A model generated the notes under the pieces. It did not search any database, had not been told where the DNA came from, and saw nothing but the letters and a program-made list of their open reading frames with translations. 64,000 nucleotides of DNA, taken from positions 1-64,000 of the forward strand of contig JBHJGN010000055.1 of assembly GCA_050331735.1 (NCBI GenBank), written 5' to 3'. Of this stretch, positions 9,184 through 20,204 are shown piece by piece. Position numbers and translations under genes: made by a program. Source of the stretch: Cyanophyceae cyanobacterium. Its GTDB lineage: Bacteria; Cyanobacteriota; Cyanobacteriia; Cyanobacteriales; JBHJGN01. Numbering within the stretch: the stretch's first letter is position 1; each line of letters starts with the position of its first letter.

Positions 9184-10514
9184 GGGTTCAAAGCTAATTG
9201 AGCTACTTGCTTAATGTTTACTTTTCCTTGAGCGTTGCGGGGTAACTGTTCAACCCGCAGCCAGCGTTTGGGCTGTTTGTAGTTACTGAGCTTTGCCTGC
9301 ATGGCTTGCTGAATCGCTTCTGGAGAACTATGAACAGAAACGTAAACCGCTACCACAATTTGCCCCCATCTCTTGTCGGGTAGGCCCACTACACAGACGT
9401 CTTGAACTAACTGGGTAGAGAGGATAGCTGCTTCTACCTCAGCCGGAAAGACGTTCTCTCCTCCAGTAATAATCTTTTGGCTGCGTCGTCCAATGATATA
9501 TAGATAGCCCTCAGCATCGAAATAGCCAAGATCGTCGGTGAGTAATTGCGGTTTGGTAAACGGGGTGGGATAGTAACCGAGGCATAAAGAGCCTGAGCGG
9601 ATAGTAACAGTTCCCGTTTGCTCGCTCGCTAACCGCTGACCAGTATCGCTACAGATTTCTACCTGGGCGTGAGGCAATACCTGTCCGCTGCTGTTATTGC
9701 CCTGAAGGAACTCTTTCGGTTTGAGGGTAACAATCTGAGAGGCCGTTTCCGTCATGCCGTAGGTTGGGGCTAAGCGAATGTGGTGATTTCTAGCTGTATC
9801 GAACAGAGAAGGCCAGCCAGGAGAACCGCCTAGTAGAACTGTCTGAAAGCGAGATAGCCACTGGGGGTCGGTTTGGAGTAAATACTGGAGCTGAGTTGGC
9901 ACTAGGGAGATAAAAAAGTGGCCTAGATCGTCTCCTCTTGCGCCTTCTTTGATCGCTTTATAGGAAAGAATCAGCAAACGCCCACCCGTTAGGAAAGAGC
10001 GGAGAAACTGCATTAAGCCGCTGACGTGATAGAGAGGCAAGATACAGAAAGAGTTGACCGGACGGCTACCAAAATAGCGATGAAAACCCCTCACCGACGC
10101 TGCTAAAGTTTCCCAAGTATGCATAGCGAAGCGGATTTTACCAGAACTCCCGCCCGTAGGAATCATAATTGAGGCAGGGGGAAGGAGGCGATCGCTTTTC
10201 AAGTTCTGTTCCTCTCGCACAGTTCCCCAAATCAGATCCGGTTGGACTAGCTCAAAAACTTGCTGCCATTCCTGCTGTTTCCAGTGGGGATTCGCGAGAA
10301 AAACCGGGCACTCAGCCGCAACAGCGGCGAGGAAAGCGGCCAAAAAACGCCAGGGATTGGGTTCAGCCAGTAGAATAGTGGGAACGTTTTCTCGTCGAAT
10401 GAGCGCCAAGTGTGCTTGAACCAGATGATAAAACTGGTGGGCGCTATAGCCTATCAGCCAGTCTTCGTGGAGGCGCTGTTCGAGATGAATAAGAATACGG
10501 GAGGCTTCAATCAA
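9174..10514 (-). CDS. menE: o-succinylbenzoate-CoA ligase
   Basis: PTGGSSG, PLYHVSG, TYGMTET, IITGGENVFPAEVE; operon with menC/menA. Confidence 0.93.
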   Translation of the reverse strand: MIEASRILIHLEQRLHEDWLIGYSAHQFYHLVQAHLALIRRENVPTILLAEPNPWRFLAAFLAAVAAECPVFLANPHWKQQEWQQVFELVQPDLIWGTVREEQNLKSDRLLPPASIMIPTGGSSGKIRFAMHTWETLAASVRGFHRYFGSRPVNSFCILPLYHVSGLMQFLRSFLTGGRLLILSYKAIKEGARGDDLGHFFISLVPTQLQYLLQTDPQWLSRFQTVLLGGSPGWPSLFDTARNHHIRLAPTYGMTETASQIVTLKPKEFLQGNNSSGQVLPHAQVEICSDTGQRLASEQTGTVTIRSGSLCLGYYPTPFTKPQLLTDDLGYFDAEGYLYIIGRRSQKIITGGENVFPAEVEAAILSTQLVQDVCVVGLPDKRWGQIVVAVYVSVHSSPEAIQQAMQAKLSNYKQPKRWLRVEQLPRNAQGKVNIKQVAQLALNPKK

Positions 10515-11428
10515 TTTGCTTCTTCAAACCACTGCTGAACGCCAAAGCCAACGGCGCGATGAGGATGAGCTAGTTCGGCAGCAAGTTTAAGGGCGGCTGT
10601 CCTGCCGACTTCTGTTTCAAAGACAGAAGAAAAGACCGCATCAATAGAATATTGCCGACAGACCTGCCGCAGACGCTGAGGAGATCCGGCGATCGCTGCT
10701 TTGACGACAAATATGCCTCGCCAGCCTTGCTGATAACAACGCTCCAACTGCTGCACGTTGGCTACCGATTCATCCAAAGCTATCGGAGTTGCAAAGTCAG
10801 CATGTAACTCCATCATGGTATCAAACTGGGATGGCGCTAGCGGCTGTTCGACAAATTCTACACAATCGCTGCGGTCTAGCACTTGCAGCCACTGCTGCGC
10901 TTCTTTGAGGCTCAGTCCTCCGTTCGCGTCAAGGCGCAGCTTAGCCCCGGCTGGGAGGGCATCCGCAAGCTGTTTAAACACGGCTAGTTCCTCGTCAATC
11001 TCCTGCACTCCCATCTTCCACTTAAAAGTTCGTCCTCCCTGTTTCCACGGAAACTGCCATGCGGCTAAGGCGGCTTTGCCAGTGGGAAGCAACCAACTGT
11101 AGGTGATGGATGAGAATCGCTGTTTCGGAGTCTCCGTTTGTGATACCTCCTCCACTGCTGACTCAAATCCAAATTGGCAAGCTGGTAAGCTATTGGGAAC
11201 TTGAACGTCTCTGATGTTACTCTCTAAGCGCTGGCAAAACTCCAACGCCTCCGCTAAGGTTTCCGAACCGAACCAGGGAAGCGGAGCAATTTCTCCCCAT
11301 CCGACCTGACCATTCTCATCGCTTAAGCGCAGAATAATCCCTTCTCTCATTTCCCAAACGCCGTGACTGGTCTGCAACGGTTGCCGAAAACGACGCTGAT
11401 AGGGGCGGAAGTGGCAGTGATAACCCAT
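10511..11428 (-). CDS. menC: o-succinylbenzoate synthase
   Basis: Enolase-superfamily FKWK, RLDANG, EQP, LDES motifs. Confidence 0.93.
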   Translation of the reverse strand: MGYHCHFRPYQRRFRQPLQTSHGVWEMREGIILRLSDENGQVGWGEIAPLPWFGSETLAEALEFCQRLESNIRDVQVPNSLPACQFGFESAVEEVSQTETPKQRFSSITYSWLLPTGKAALAAWQFPWKQGGRTFKWKMGVQEIDEELAVFKQLADALPAGAKLRLDANGGLSLKEAQQWLQVLDRSDCVEFVEQPLAPSQFDTMMELHADFATPIALDESVANVQQLERCYQQGWRGIFVVKAAIAGSPQRLRQVCRQYSIDAVFSSVFETEVGRTAALKLAAELAHPHRAVGFGVQQWFEEAN

Positions 11429-11486
11429 TGATTAAGGGGAAAAGGGGAAAGGGAAAAGGGGAGCGACCACTTCCTGCTTCAAAATT

Positions 11487-12389
11487 TTAGATGGTGGGTA
11501 AGATGAAGCCGAGAGCAAAAAGAAGGCCGCTCCAGAAATGGAGCTTAACGGCGATGAATTTGCAGTTGCTTACCTTCTCCGGTTTGTCGTGATTTTGCTG
11601 GACGTGACGCACTAATTGGTAGCCAATCGGGACACTAGCGAAGATGAGTAAGGTTCCGAAAGGAGAAATGCCGAAGGTAACTAACAGGACTGTGACGGCA
11701 AAGATGCTGGCTGTGCAGAGGGTTAATACCTGAGAACCGGTGGCTGTTCCGAGGCGCACAATCGGCGATCGCTTCCCGGCGGCGAGATCGTCTTGTACCT
11801 GATGAAAGTGGGAACAGAAGAGAATGATGGAGGTGGTGATGCCGATGACAACCGAAGCAGCAAGGGCAACCGGGGAAATGCTTTGGGTTTGGGAGTAGTA
11901 CGCAGCGGCAACGGCCAAGGGACCGAAGCAAATGAAGCAGATAATCTCTCCGAGTCCTTGATAGCCCAAGCGGAAAGGCGGTCCTTGGTAGCTGTAGCCT
12001 AAAGCGCAACAGAGGGCGATTAACCCAAGAATTGTCCAATCTTGCTGCCACCAGCTAATCAGCAGAATTTCGAGGATGCCTGCGGCTAAACAGGCATTGG
12101 CAATCCAAAAAACGAGAGTTTTGTTTCCGGTTAGGTTGACGACGGAGTGAGCTTTATTAACGTCAATTCCTGTTTCTGAATCAAAAACATCGTTACTCAA
12201 ATTCAGCCAAGCAATGATCAGGATTGCCGCACTCAAAAAGGTAATGAAGATCTGCGGCTGAAACAAATCGGTTTGAGCAAAGGCCACCGCTGTTCCTACC
12301 GTAATGGGAATCACTGCCACACTGTACATCGGCGGCTTAATAGCGGCTAGCCACAGTTTCCGGTCGGAATGAGTAATCACAGTCGTCAT
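11487..12389 (-). CDS. menA: DHNA phytyltransferase (UbiA family)
   Basis: AAIKPPMYSVA, NDVFDSETGID, DDLAAGKRSP. Confidence 0.95.
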   Translation of the reverse strand: MTTVITHSDRKLWLAAIKPPMYSVAVIPITVGTAVAFAQTDLFQPQIFITFLSAAILIIAWLNLSNDVFDSETGIDVNKAHSVVNLTGNKTLVFWIANACLAAGILEILLISWWQQDWTILGLIALCCALGYSYQGPPFRLGYQGLGEIICFICFGPLAVAAAYYSQTQSISPVALAASVVIGITTSIILFCSHFHQVQDDLAAGKRSPIVRLGTATGSQVLTLCTASIFAVTVLLVTFGISPFGTLLIFASVPIGYQLVRHVQQNHDKPEKVSNCKFIAVKLHFWSGLLFALGFILPTI

Positions 12390-12529
12390 AGCACTACCTT
12401 AGATGAGGATTCCCACTACTGTTTGCAAAACTACAGGTTCATTTATTATTTCATTCCCTCTATCCCGGGAGAGGTTAAGAAAAATTTCTTTCGGTTAATA
12501 GCTGTTAGCTAGCTTTCAGCATAATTAAT

Positions 12530-12626
12530 CCCCTTTCCCCTGTCTTGGTGCGCGTTCCCTTGCGTCTTTCGCCGACGCGGGGTCGCACCGCTTCCCCGTT
12601 CCGCAGGAACTTTCCCCTTTCCCCCA
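12530..12626 (-). repeat. Heptamer/hairpin block carrying a 50-nt nested-hairpin element (12542-12591)
   Basis: Reverse complement of gcggtgcgaccccgcgtcggcgaaagacgcaagggaacgcgcaccaagac; other copies at 47221 and 50852. Confidence 0.9.
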
Positions 12627-12628
12627 TA

Positions 12629-13954
12629 CTAATAATGCTTCCTCACCACTAGCAATTGCGGACCTCCCGATGGCACAATCGTTATTCCCCGACGAATGGG
12701 GCGGACGGATTGTTCGCACAAGGCTAGCTGATATTGAGAAAGAATGGTCGCCAGCACTAGCTTCATCTCAAACAGCGATAATGCCTGACCGATACAGCTT
12801 CGGTAGCCGCCGCCGAAGGGAAGATATTCGTAGGGAGAAAAATTGCCTTCTAAGAAGCGTTCTGGCTCGAATTTGTGCGGTTCTGGATAGACTTCGGAAC
12901 GGTGATGAGATAGATAAATACAGGGAATGAGGACGGTTCCGGGAGTAAACTGATAGTCTTCAAGCTGAAGGGGATTTTTTAGGAGACGCGGTTGAGAGAT
13001 CAGGGCAATTGGATAAATTCTCAGGGTTTCAGCGCAGACGGCGTTGAGATAGGGCAGCTTTGTTGCCGCCATTGGTTCTGAAAGGCTATTGAGTTCCTGC
13101 CAGAGGCGTTTCTGCACCAAGTCATGCTTATGAATCCAGTACATCGCCCAACAGAGAGCAGAAGCGGTGGTTTCGTGTCCTAGCAGAAGCAAAGTTATGA
13201 GCTGATCTCGTAGCTGTGCGGTTGTTAGCGGCTGATTTTGTTCGTCACGGGCAGCGATGAGCAGCGAGAGGATATCTTCGCCCGTGGCTTCTCGGCGGGA
13301 TGCTATTTCTTCGTAGAGCAATCGATCGATTTGCTGCTGCTGGCCGATAAACCGACCCCAGGGACTCCACTGGCCGCAATTTTGTTGGAGTTGGGGCAGA
13401 AAAAACTGGAGGGAGTGTAGCGGCGTACAAACGTACTCCAAAAACGCTTTCAGGAGTTGCTTAAGCTGGCTGTAGCGCGGTCCTGGCTGCAAGCCAAACA
13501 CCACCCGCAGAATGACCTCAATGGAAATCTCGGACATTAATTTCCGCATACACACAGTGCTGCCTACGGGCCAAGAGGCGATCGCCGCTTGCGTAATTTC
13601 CACGATCAGTTGGCTATAGGTATGTAGCCGTTGGCCGTGGAGAGGAGGCATGACTAGATGACGCATCTTGCGGTGCTGCTGCCCATCTAGCAAGATTAGA
13701 GACTGCGGTCCAGTAAGGGGTCGAAAAACGTAGGTCAGCTTGCCCCACTCAAAGTTTTCCGGGTCGGCGCTCAGGATTTGGTTGATTGTCTGCGGGTGGC
13801 TAAAGCAGACAACCGGGGCAGATGTTCCCAGAAGATTTAAGGTAAACGTATTGCCGTAACGTTCTGCACAAGTTTCTAGAAATTTGATAGGCTGAGCAAT
13901 GACGGAAAAAGTCTGTAGGGCAGCGGGATCCTTTGGACCAGCAGGAATCTTCAT
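12629..13954 (-). CDS. Cytochrome P450 (CYP110-like)
   Basis: GHETT I-helix, ETLR, PERF, FGGGYRSCIG heme motif. Confidence 0.93.
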   Translation of the reverse strand: MKIPAGPKDPAALQTFSVIAQPIKFLETCAERYGNTFTLNLLGTSAPVVCFSHPQTINQILSADPENFEWGKLTYVFRPLTGPQSLILLDGQQHRKMRHLVMPPLHGQRLHTYSQLIVEITQAAIASWPVGSTVCMRKLMSEISIEVILRVVFGLQPGPRYSQLKQLLKAFLEYVCTPLHSLQFFLPQLQQNCGQWSPWGRFIGQQQQIDRLLYEEIASRREATGEDILSLLIAARDEQNQPLTTAQLRDQLITLLLLGHETTASALCWAMYWIHKHDLVQKRLWQELNSLSEPMAATKLPYLNAVCAETLRIYPIALISQPRLLKNPLQLEDYQFTPGTVLIPCIYLSHHRSEVYPEPHKFEPERFLEGNFSPYEYLPFGGGYRSCIGQALSLFEMKLVLATILSQYQLALCEQSVRPIRRGITIVPSGGPQLLVVRKHY

Positions 13955-14250
13955 CAGGAAGGTGTCGATGTATAATCAATTGAGTCTACGGACTATCTTT
14001 AATTGTTAATGATTGTTGTTAGCTCAACAGCAAGTATTAACGCTTTTTAATCTTAAATATTACAACTTACATCAATTGTTGATACAAGATCTATCTGGTA
14101 GCGGGTGGAACTCCTTCAGCTATTCACTGTTAACAACAAAATAATCAATGTTATTCTAATGAATAAAGAACCATCATTTAGCAACTGCACTTTATATCAG
14201 CTTTAGCAAACGATTAGCGATGTTTGCCAATGATAAAAACCGGATATCCT

Positions 14251-15645
14251 ATGCTAGCCACCCCGCTTGTTGCCTCTCCTGCGGAAAATTTACATCAATT
14301 ACTTCTTAATTGCCAAGAGAAATTTTTGGCAAAAGATCGTGCTAAAATTATTAGCTTTTCTCAAGAGATTGAGCCAGTCGATCCGCTGGCAGTTTTAAAA
14401 GCAGTCGAAGACGAACAACATTTTTACTGGGAAGCTCCAAGTCAAGAAGAAGCAATTATTGGCTATGGAACGACAAAAGAAATCACGATTGCCGGAAGTG
14501 AGCGGTTTGTTAAGGCACGCTCCTTTATCCAGGAATGCCTGAAGCAAACAATTAGAATTGGAGACTTTAATTTGCTAGGTGCGGGGCCACGGTTCTTCTG
14601 TAGCTTCACGTTTGCCCCTCACAGTAATGCTCCTTTTCCGGCTGCGACAGTTTTTTTACCGCGTTTTCAGGTAATCCGCGCCAAGCAGCGCTGCATTTTG
14701 GTGGCCAATGTGGCCATCGATCGAGGGAATATTAAATCTGTACTAGAGCAGATTAGAAAGGAAATTCAGACGGTTAATTTGTCGAAATGTCAATCATTTG
14801 CAGCTAAATTTAACGTTAACCGACAAACAAGAATTGTCGAAAAGACTCAGGCGGCGACGCATTTTAAAACAGCCGTTACTGGGGTACTAAAATCGATTCA
14901 GAAAGAAGAGTTTAGTAAAGCAGTGCTTGCTCGCGCTATCGACGTTGTTGCCAGTCAACGGTTCGATATTGCTGACTCACTAAATAATCTTCGTCGCCGC
15001 CATCCCGATTGCTATATTTTCTCGACTAGTAACGGCAGAGGACAAGCGTTTATTGGTGCTAGTCCCGAACGGTTGATTAGCATTTGCGATCGCCAACTGG
15101 TTACCGATGCCTTGGCGGGGTCTGCGCCTAGAGGCAAAACCGCTGCCGAAGACGTGCGGTTTGCCAAGGCCCTGCTTAACTCCAAGAAAGAGCAACGCGA
15201 ACATCAGGCCGTAACGCAGTTCATTGTGCAACAATTGCAGCAACTCGGTTTGCATCCGCAGCGATCGCCTCGGCAACTGCTTCAGCTATCCAACATTCAG
15301 CACCTCTGGACTCCGATCCAGGCTCGCCTCCCCGACGATCTTAACCCCCTCGACATTGTGGCTAAGCTGCATCCGACACCAGCCGTGGCGGGAGTGCCCA
15401 CGCCGATTGCCTGCGAACAGATCCGCCGCTACGAAGACTTCGATCGGGGGCTGTATGCGGCTCCCTTGGGCTGGATTGACTATCAGGGCAACAGTCACTT
15501 TTTGGTGGGGATTCGCTCTGCCCTCATTGAAGGCGATCGCGCTCGCCTATACGCGGGGGCGGGAATTGTGGCGGGGTCCGATCCAGAACGGGAATACGCC
15601 GAAGTGCAGCTTAAGCTGCAATCGTTGCTGAAGGCGTTAGTTTAG
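14251..15645 (+). CDS. menF: Isochorismate synthase
   Basis: GASPERL, ALAGSAPRG, LHPTPAV, YAGAGIV; start uncertain (14224-14251). Confidence 0.92.
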   Translation: MLATPLVASPAENLHQLLLNCQEKFLAKDRAKIISFSQEIEPVDPLAVLKAVEDEQHFYWEAPSQEEAIIGYGTTKEITIAGSERFVKARSFIQECLKQTIRIGDFNLLGAGPRFFCSFTFAPHSNAPFPAATVFLPRFQVIRAKQRCILVANVAIDRGNIKSVLEQIRKEIQTVNLSKCQSFAAKFNVNRQTRIVEKTQAATHFKTAVTGVLKSIQKEEFSKAVLARAIDVVASQRFDIADSLNNLRRRHPDCYIFSTSNGRGQAFIGASPERLISICDRQLVTDALAGSAPRGKTAAEDVRFAKALLNSKKEQREHQAVTQFIVQQLQQLGLHPQRSPRQLLQLSNIQHLWTPIQARLPDDLNPLDIVAKLHPTPAVAGVPTPIACEQIRRYEDFDRGLYAAPLGWIDYQGNSHFLVGIRSALIEGDRARLYAGAGIVAGSDPEREYAEVQLKLQSLLKALV

Positions 15646-15923
15646 TGTTGATTGTTAATGGTTGATTGCTGATTGTTGGACTACTAGGCTGTTTGTGTGC
15701 TTTTGTCTGTTGCTGATTTGGCAATGCTAAATTAATTGTTTCTGATCTCTTTGACCATTGCGGTAATTTCTGCCATCGTTGGTTTATGAGCATCAGTACC
15801 TAACTCGTCGGTTTCATCTTGCTGAGCATCTGAAAGCACAAGATTTCCCTTTACCCTTTTCCCCTTGCCCTTTTCCCCACTCAACCATCTGTAGCTTTAC
15901 TTATTTATGAGGTAAAATGCAGT

Positions 15924-17693
15924 ATGCTTGATTTTCGCAACGTGAATACGCTGTGGGCTTCTGTCGTGGCAGAAACGCTTCAGCGTCTCGGACTGACGAG
16001 CGCCGTAGTTTGTCCCGGTTCTCGCTCTACGCCTCTCGCCGTCGCCTTGGCCCAACACCCGGAAATTGAAGCCATTGCGATTCTTGACGAACGCTCCGCC
16101 GCTTTTTTTGCCTTGGGAATTGCGAAAAGAGCTGAGATTCCTCCTGTCTTAGTCTGTACCTCTGGAACGGCAGGAGCTAATTTTTATCCAGCGGTGATTG
16201 AAGCGAAAGAAAGCAACGTTCCTCTACTAATTTTAACCGCTGATCGCCCCTCGGAACTGCGCCACTGCCACGCCGGACAAACCATCGACCAGCTTAAGCT
16301 CTACGGCACGTACCCCAACTGGCAAACCGAACTGGCGACCCCAGCCGCCGACCTAGCGATGCTGCGCTACCTACGGCAAACCCTGGTGCAGGCGTGGGAG
16401 CGATCGCTCTACCCCTTGTCTGGTCCCGTTCATCTCAACCTCCCCTTCCGCGATCCCCTTGCCCCAGTCCCAGATCAGTCGCAGCTTACCTCTCTTCCAA
16501 AAAATTTCTTTTCCTTCCTCACTCCTAGCCCTTTCCCCCTTCCCCCTTCCCCTTTCCCCTCTATTAGAGGTCGAGGCATCATCATCGCAGGCGTTGCCCA
16601 TTCTCATCGTCCGCAAGAATACTGTGGCGCGATCGCGCGTTTATCAACTCAGCTTCACTATCCGGTACTTGCTGAAGCCCTGTCTCCGGTCAGGAACTGG
16701 GCAGATCTGAATCCTTATTTGGTTTCTACCTACGACCTGATTCTGCGCAATCCTCAGCTTGCCCACAAGCTAGCGCCGGAGGTGGTGATTCAAGTGGGAG
16801 AACTACCCACTAGTAAAGACCTCCGGGCTTGGCTCGGTCGTCATCAGCCGCAGCGCTGGATTATTGACCCTAGACCCGATAACTTCGATCCGCTTCACGG
16901 GAGGTCGATCCATCTGCGAACGTCTGTAGAACAGGTAACGGTCAGCGCAGGAAACGACAGTGACGATCTAGACTATCTAAAAGCGTGGTGTGTAGCTGAA
17001 AAGAGAGCAAGGCAGATCCTCGATGAGGCGATGAAGACGGCATCGTTTGAAGGCAAAGTGGCCTGGTTGCTTTCTCAGCATTTACCGACGGATACTCCTC
17101 TATTTATTGCCAACAGTATGTCGGTGCGACACGCCGAGTTTTTCTGGCAGCCGGGAAATCGAGGAATCATCCCCTATTTCAATCGAGGCGCGAACGGCAT
17201 TGACGGGACGCTATCAACGGCTTTAGGGATTGCTCATGGTCAGCAAAGCGTAATGCTGACGGGGGATCTGGCTCTCCTGCACGATACTAATGGCTTCCTG
17301 ATGCGGGATAGGTTTAAGGGACATTTAACGATTGTGCTGATTAACAATAACGGAGGCGGAATCTTTGAGATGCTGCCGATTTCTCAATTTGAGCCGCCGT
17401 TTGAAGAGTACTTTGCTACGCCACAGCAAATTGATTTTGGTCGTTTGTGTGCGACTTACGGGGTTGAACATCAGCGCATTGAAAGTTGGGAGCAGTTGCA
17501 GCAGTTATTAAACCCGTTACCAGCGACGGGAATTCGGGTTTTAGAAGTTTTCACTGATAGAAAAGCCGATGCAGGATGGTTGCAACACAATTTGAAACGG
17601 TTGGCAGAGGCGATAGGCGAAGACGGTGCTGATAAAACCTTGCAGAAGGAAGGGGATGAAATCAACAAGGTTAAAAGCTTAGTTAAGGGGTAA
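15924..17693 (+). CDS. menD: SEPHCHC synthase
   Basis: [47 protein letters not shown]. Confidence 0.96.
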   Translation: MLDFRNVNTLWASVVAETLQRLGLTSAVVCPGSRSTPLAVALAQHPEIEAIAILDERSAAFFALGIAKRAEIPPVLVCTSGTAGANFYPAVIEAKESNVPLLILTADRPSELRHCHAGQTIDQLKLYGTYPNWQTELATPAADLAMLRYLRQTLVQAWERSLYPLSGPVHLNLPFRDPLAPVPDQSQLTSLPKNFFSFLTPSPFPLPPSPFPSIRGRGIIIAGVAHSHRPQEYCGAIARLSTQLHYPVLAEALSPVRNWADLNPYLVSTYDLILRNPQLAHKLAPEVVIQVGELPTSKDLRAWLGRHQPQRWIIDPRPDNFDPLHGRSIHLRTSVEQVTVSAGNDSDDLDYLKAWCVAEKRARQILDEAMKTASFEGKVAWLLSQHLPTDTPLFIANSMSVRHAEFFWQPGNRGIIPYFNRGANGIDGTLSTALGIAHGQQSVMLTGDLALLHDTNGFLMRDRFKGHLTIVLINNNGGGIFEMLPISQFEPPFEEYFATPQQIDFGRLCATYGVEHQRIESWEQLQQLLNPLPATGIRVLEVFTDRKADAGWLQHNLKRLAEAIGEDGADKTLQKEGDEINKVKSLVKG

Positions 17694-17713
17694 GTTCTTC
17701 TCTATGTTTATAT

Positions 17714-19897
17714 TTAAGGATTGCCTGGAACGGTAAGCCCTTGCTGACGCATCATTTCGCGGGCATCTTGTCCAGGGACGTAGTTGAAGCCCAAGTTAGA
17801 ATCTTCGTCCACAATTTGGGGAGTGAGCAGAACAATAACTTCTCTACGCTCATTGTTTTTATTTGTGCTTCTAAACAAGGAACCAAGAAGGGGGATGTCT
17901 CCTAGAATTGGTACTTTACTGACGGTTGTGCGATCGGATTCTTGAATAATTCCTGACACAATTAAAGTTTCTCCATCTCGAAGACGCAACAATCCAGAGC
18001 TGAGTTCGCGTCGATTTAGAAGATTAAGTATGTTTTCAGCTCCGCCACCGCTATCAAATACTTGCTGTTCACCAATAGCGCTGACAACAGGACTAACAGA
18101 AAGACTAACAAATCCATTATCATCGATTCTCTCAATGTTGACTGTTAGCACTAAACCTGCTTCTGCAATGACTGGAGTAATTGTTCTAACACCACTTTCT
18201 GCATCGATATCGGTTTCGACGCTCTCAACTACATTTTGAACCAACCTCACAGAGGCTTCCTGCCCTTCCTGAACTACCAAAGTTGGATCGGTCAAAATCT
18301 TAGCGTTACCGCTCACAATTTGAGATTCTAACTGTGCAAGGAATTTACGAGGATATTGGAAGAAGCCAGGTAATCCTGCTGTTGCTGTTCCTATCGTTCC
18401 CTGGCTGACAGATGCATTCCCCTCTTCGTCAATCGTAATGATATTATCTTCAGCCAATTCAAAATCTGTAAAACTAGCATCAAAAGGATCGCCGGAAACT
18501 CCAGCTCTTCTGTTGAAAAATTCTAAAGCTCCTCTGCCTTCAGTTCGTCGAAAAGGAGACTGCCCAGGACGACCATCTATAATTACTGTACCTGGACTCG
18601 TTCCTGGAATTGCTGTTGTACTCTCTAAGTCTAGGAATGTATCGGCTCCAGCAAAGGGATTAGGAACAGCAGGAGGATTAGTTGTACGACCTGTTGCACT
18701 ATTAAAGTCTGCACTTGTTGGAGGACTAACTTCTCCAAACCTTAGAGAGGCTGAACCATTGTCTTGAACAAAGAAAGAGTCATTTACTCCAAAGGAAAAA
18801 CTAGCGTTGAAATTTTCATCGTTTAGCAGATTAACGTCAATCACTTTGACATTGATCGCAACCTGACGACGACGAGCATCAAGCTGAGTTAAAAAAGAGG
18901 TAGCGATTTGTACTTTGCTTGGTTCCCCTACTAGAGTAATGGAGTTGAGGCGATCGTCCGTGGATACTTTTAATCCATTGAGCAGTAGAGGAGCAAATGA
19001 ACCTTCTGCCTGCGATATTGCTAAAGCCTGCAACTCTGGGGGTTGCTCTTCTCTACGAACGACTCTTTGAGTTTCAGGGTCAATAACTTCTTCAATCGGG
19101 GTGATAATCTGCTGAACTTCTGCGCCTTGAGTAGCCAGAAAAGTAGCAGCAGCATTTGCCTGAACTTGATTAAGGCGCAAAGTACGGCTAACCAAATTAC
19201 GAGCAGCATCGGGTAAGCGAGGACTAACAAAAATTGTGTTCCCTCTCCGATTAGCCTGTAATCCAGAAAGCATTAACACAGAATTGAAAACATCCTGTAC
19301 TGGCTCATTTTCCAAATCTAGAGAAATTGTTTGACCTATTGGGGCTGCTGGCGCTTCTTCGCCCTCTGGAGCCTCAGCTCCTTGCCCGCTTTGTCCCCCA
19401 GCATAAATCACGTTCAACCCAACTTGCCTTGCCAGCAACTCCAGCACTTCTCTCACCGGAGCATCGGTGACGACCAAACGATTGACTACTGAATCTGTCT
19501 CCAAGTCAATCATGTCGGGAGTGGTATTAATATTGGAGACAGCAATATCGCCCACCGGAGGCGCTACGGCTCTCGGCAACAGAGGTGGTGTGGGGGCAAC
19601 CGGAGTAGCCGGAGTAAACGGCACTGAATTCCCATCGATGACAATTTCAGGATTGGGAACCAACACCTCTGGCTCCCCTTGCGGTTCCGAGTCTGAGCGC
19701 TGTGCTTGTTCGTCCGGCTTACCAGACTCACTATCTTCTGATTGCTTAACATCCATCGCAACAAGGGATGAATGCTCGCTCAGCTCAACCTGCACCGCCG
19801 AACTTGTCTTCTCATCTGCCAACGGAGTTGCCTGTAGCGGCTGTGCAGCAACAACTACCGCCGTCCCCAATAATATGCCTATCCAACTACTCGCCAT
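17714..19897 (-). CDS. Secretin (PilQ/GspD family)
   Basis: LDARRRQVAINVKVIDV, KILTDPTL, KVPILGDIPLLGSLFR. Confidence 0.9.
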   Translation of the reverse strand: MASSWIGILLGTAVVVAAQPLQATPLADEKTSSAVQVELSEHSSLVAMDVKQSEDSESGKPDEQAQRSDSEPQGEPEVLVPNPEIVIDGNSVPFTPATPVAPTPPLLPRAVAPPVGDIAVSNINTTPDMIDLETDSVVNRLVVTDAPVREVLELLARQVGLNVIYAGGQSGQGAEAPEGEEAPAAPIGQTISLDLENEPVQDVFNSVLMLSGLQANRRGNTIFVSPRLPDAARNLVSRTLRLNQVQANAAATFLATQGAEVQQIITPIEEVIDPETQRVVRREEQPPELQALAISQAEGSFAPLLLNGLKVSTDDRLNSITLVGEPSKVQIATSFLTQLDARRRQVAINVKVIDVNLLNDENFNASFSFGVNDSFFVQDNGSASLRFGEVSPPTSADFNSATGRTTNPPAVPNPFAGADTFLDLESTTAIPGTSPGTVIIDGRPGQSPFRRTEGRGALEFFNRRAGVSGDPFDASFTDFELAEDNIITIDEEGNASVSQGTIGTATAGLPGFFQYPRKFLAQLESQIVSGNAKILTDPTLVVQEGQEASVRLVQNVVESVETDIDAESGVRTITPVIAEAGLVLTVNIERIDDNGFVSLSVSPVVSAIGEQQVFDSGGGAENILNLLNRRELSSGLLRLRDGETLIVSGIIQESDRTTVSKVPILGDIPLLGSLFRSTNKNNERREVIVLLTPQIVDEDSNLGFNYVPGQDAREMMRQQGLTVPGNP

Positions 19898-19968
19898 TGT
19901 CTTCTCATCCTGGGTTGCAGATATAACATGCCCAGTTCACAAAGAAAGTTATCAACGGCTAGGAATTT

Positions 19969-20200
19969 CGGGGGAAGGGGAAGGGGATAGCGCCATAGGC
20001 GCGGGGAAAGGGTAAAGGGTAAAGGGGGTTACTCAGCCTATTCCTTGGTTCTGTGTTCTTTTCCTGTCCCGTTCTCGTCAGAGTCTCCGAAGGAGAAGGG
20101 ACAAATTTCCCTTTCCCCCTTCCCCGTTCCGCAGGAACTATTTACCCTTTCCCCGTTCCGAAGGAACTATTTCCCCCTTCTCCGTCCCGCAGGGACAATG
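19969..20200. repeat. Composite inverted-arm heptamer/hairpin block
   Basis: G-rich arm then C-rich arm with several 5-3-5 hairpins and a 24-nt insert at 20071-20094. Confidence 0.85.
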
Positions 20201-20204
20201 TTCC

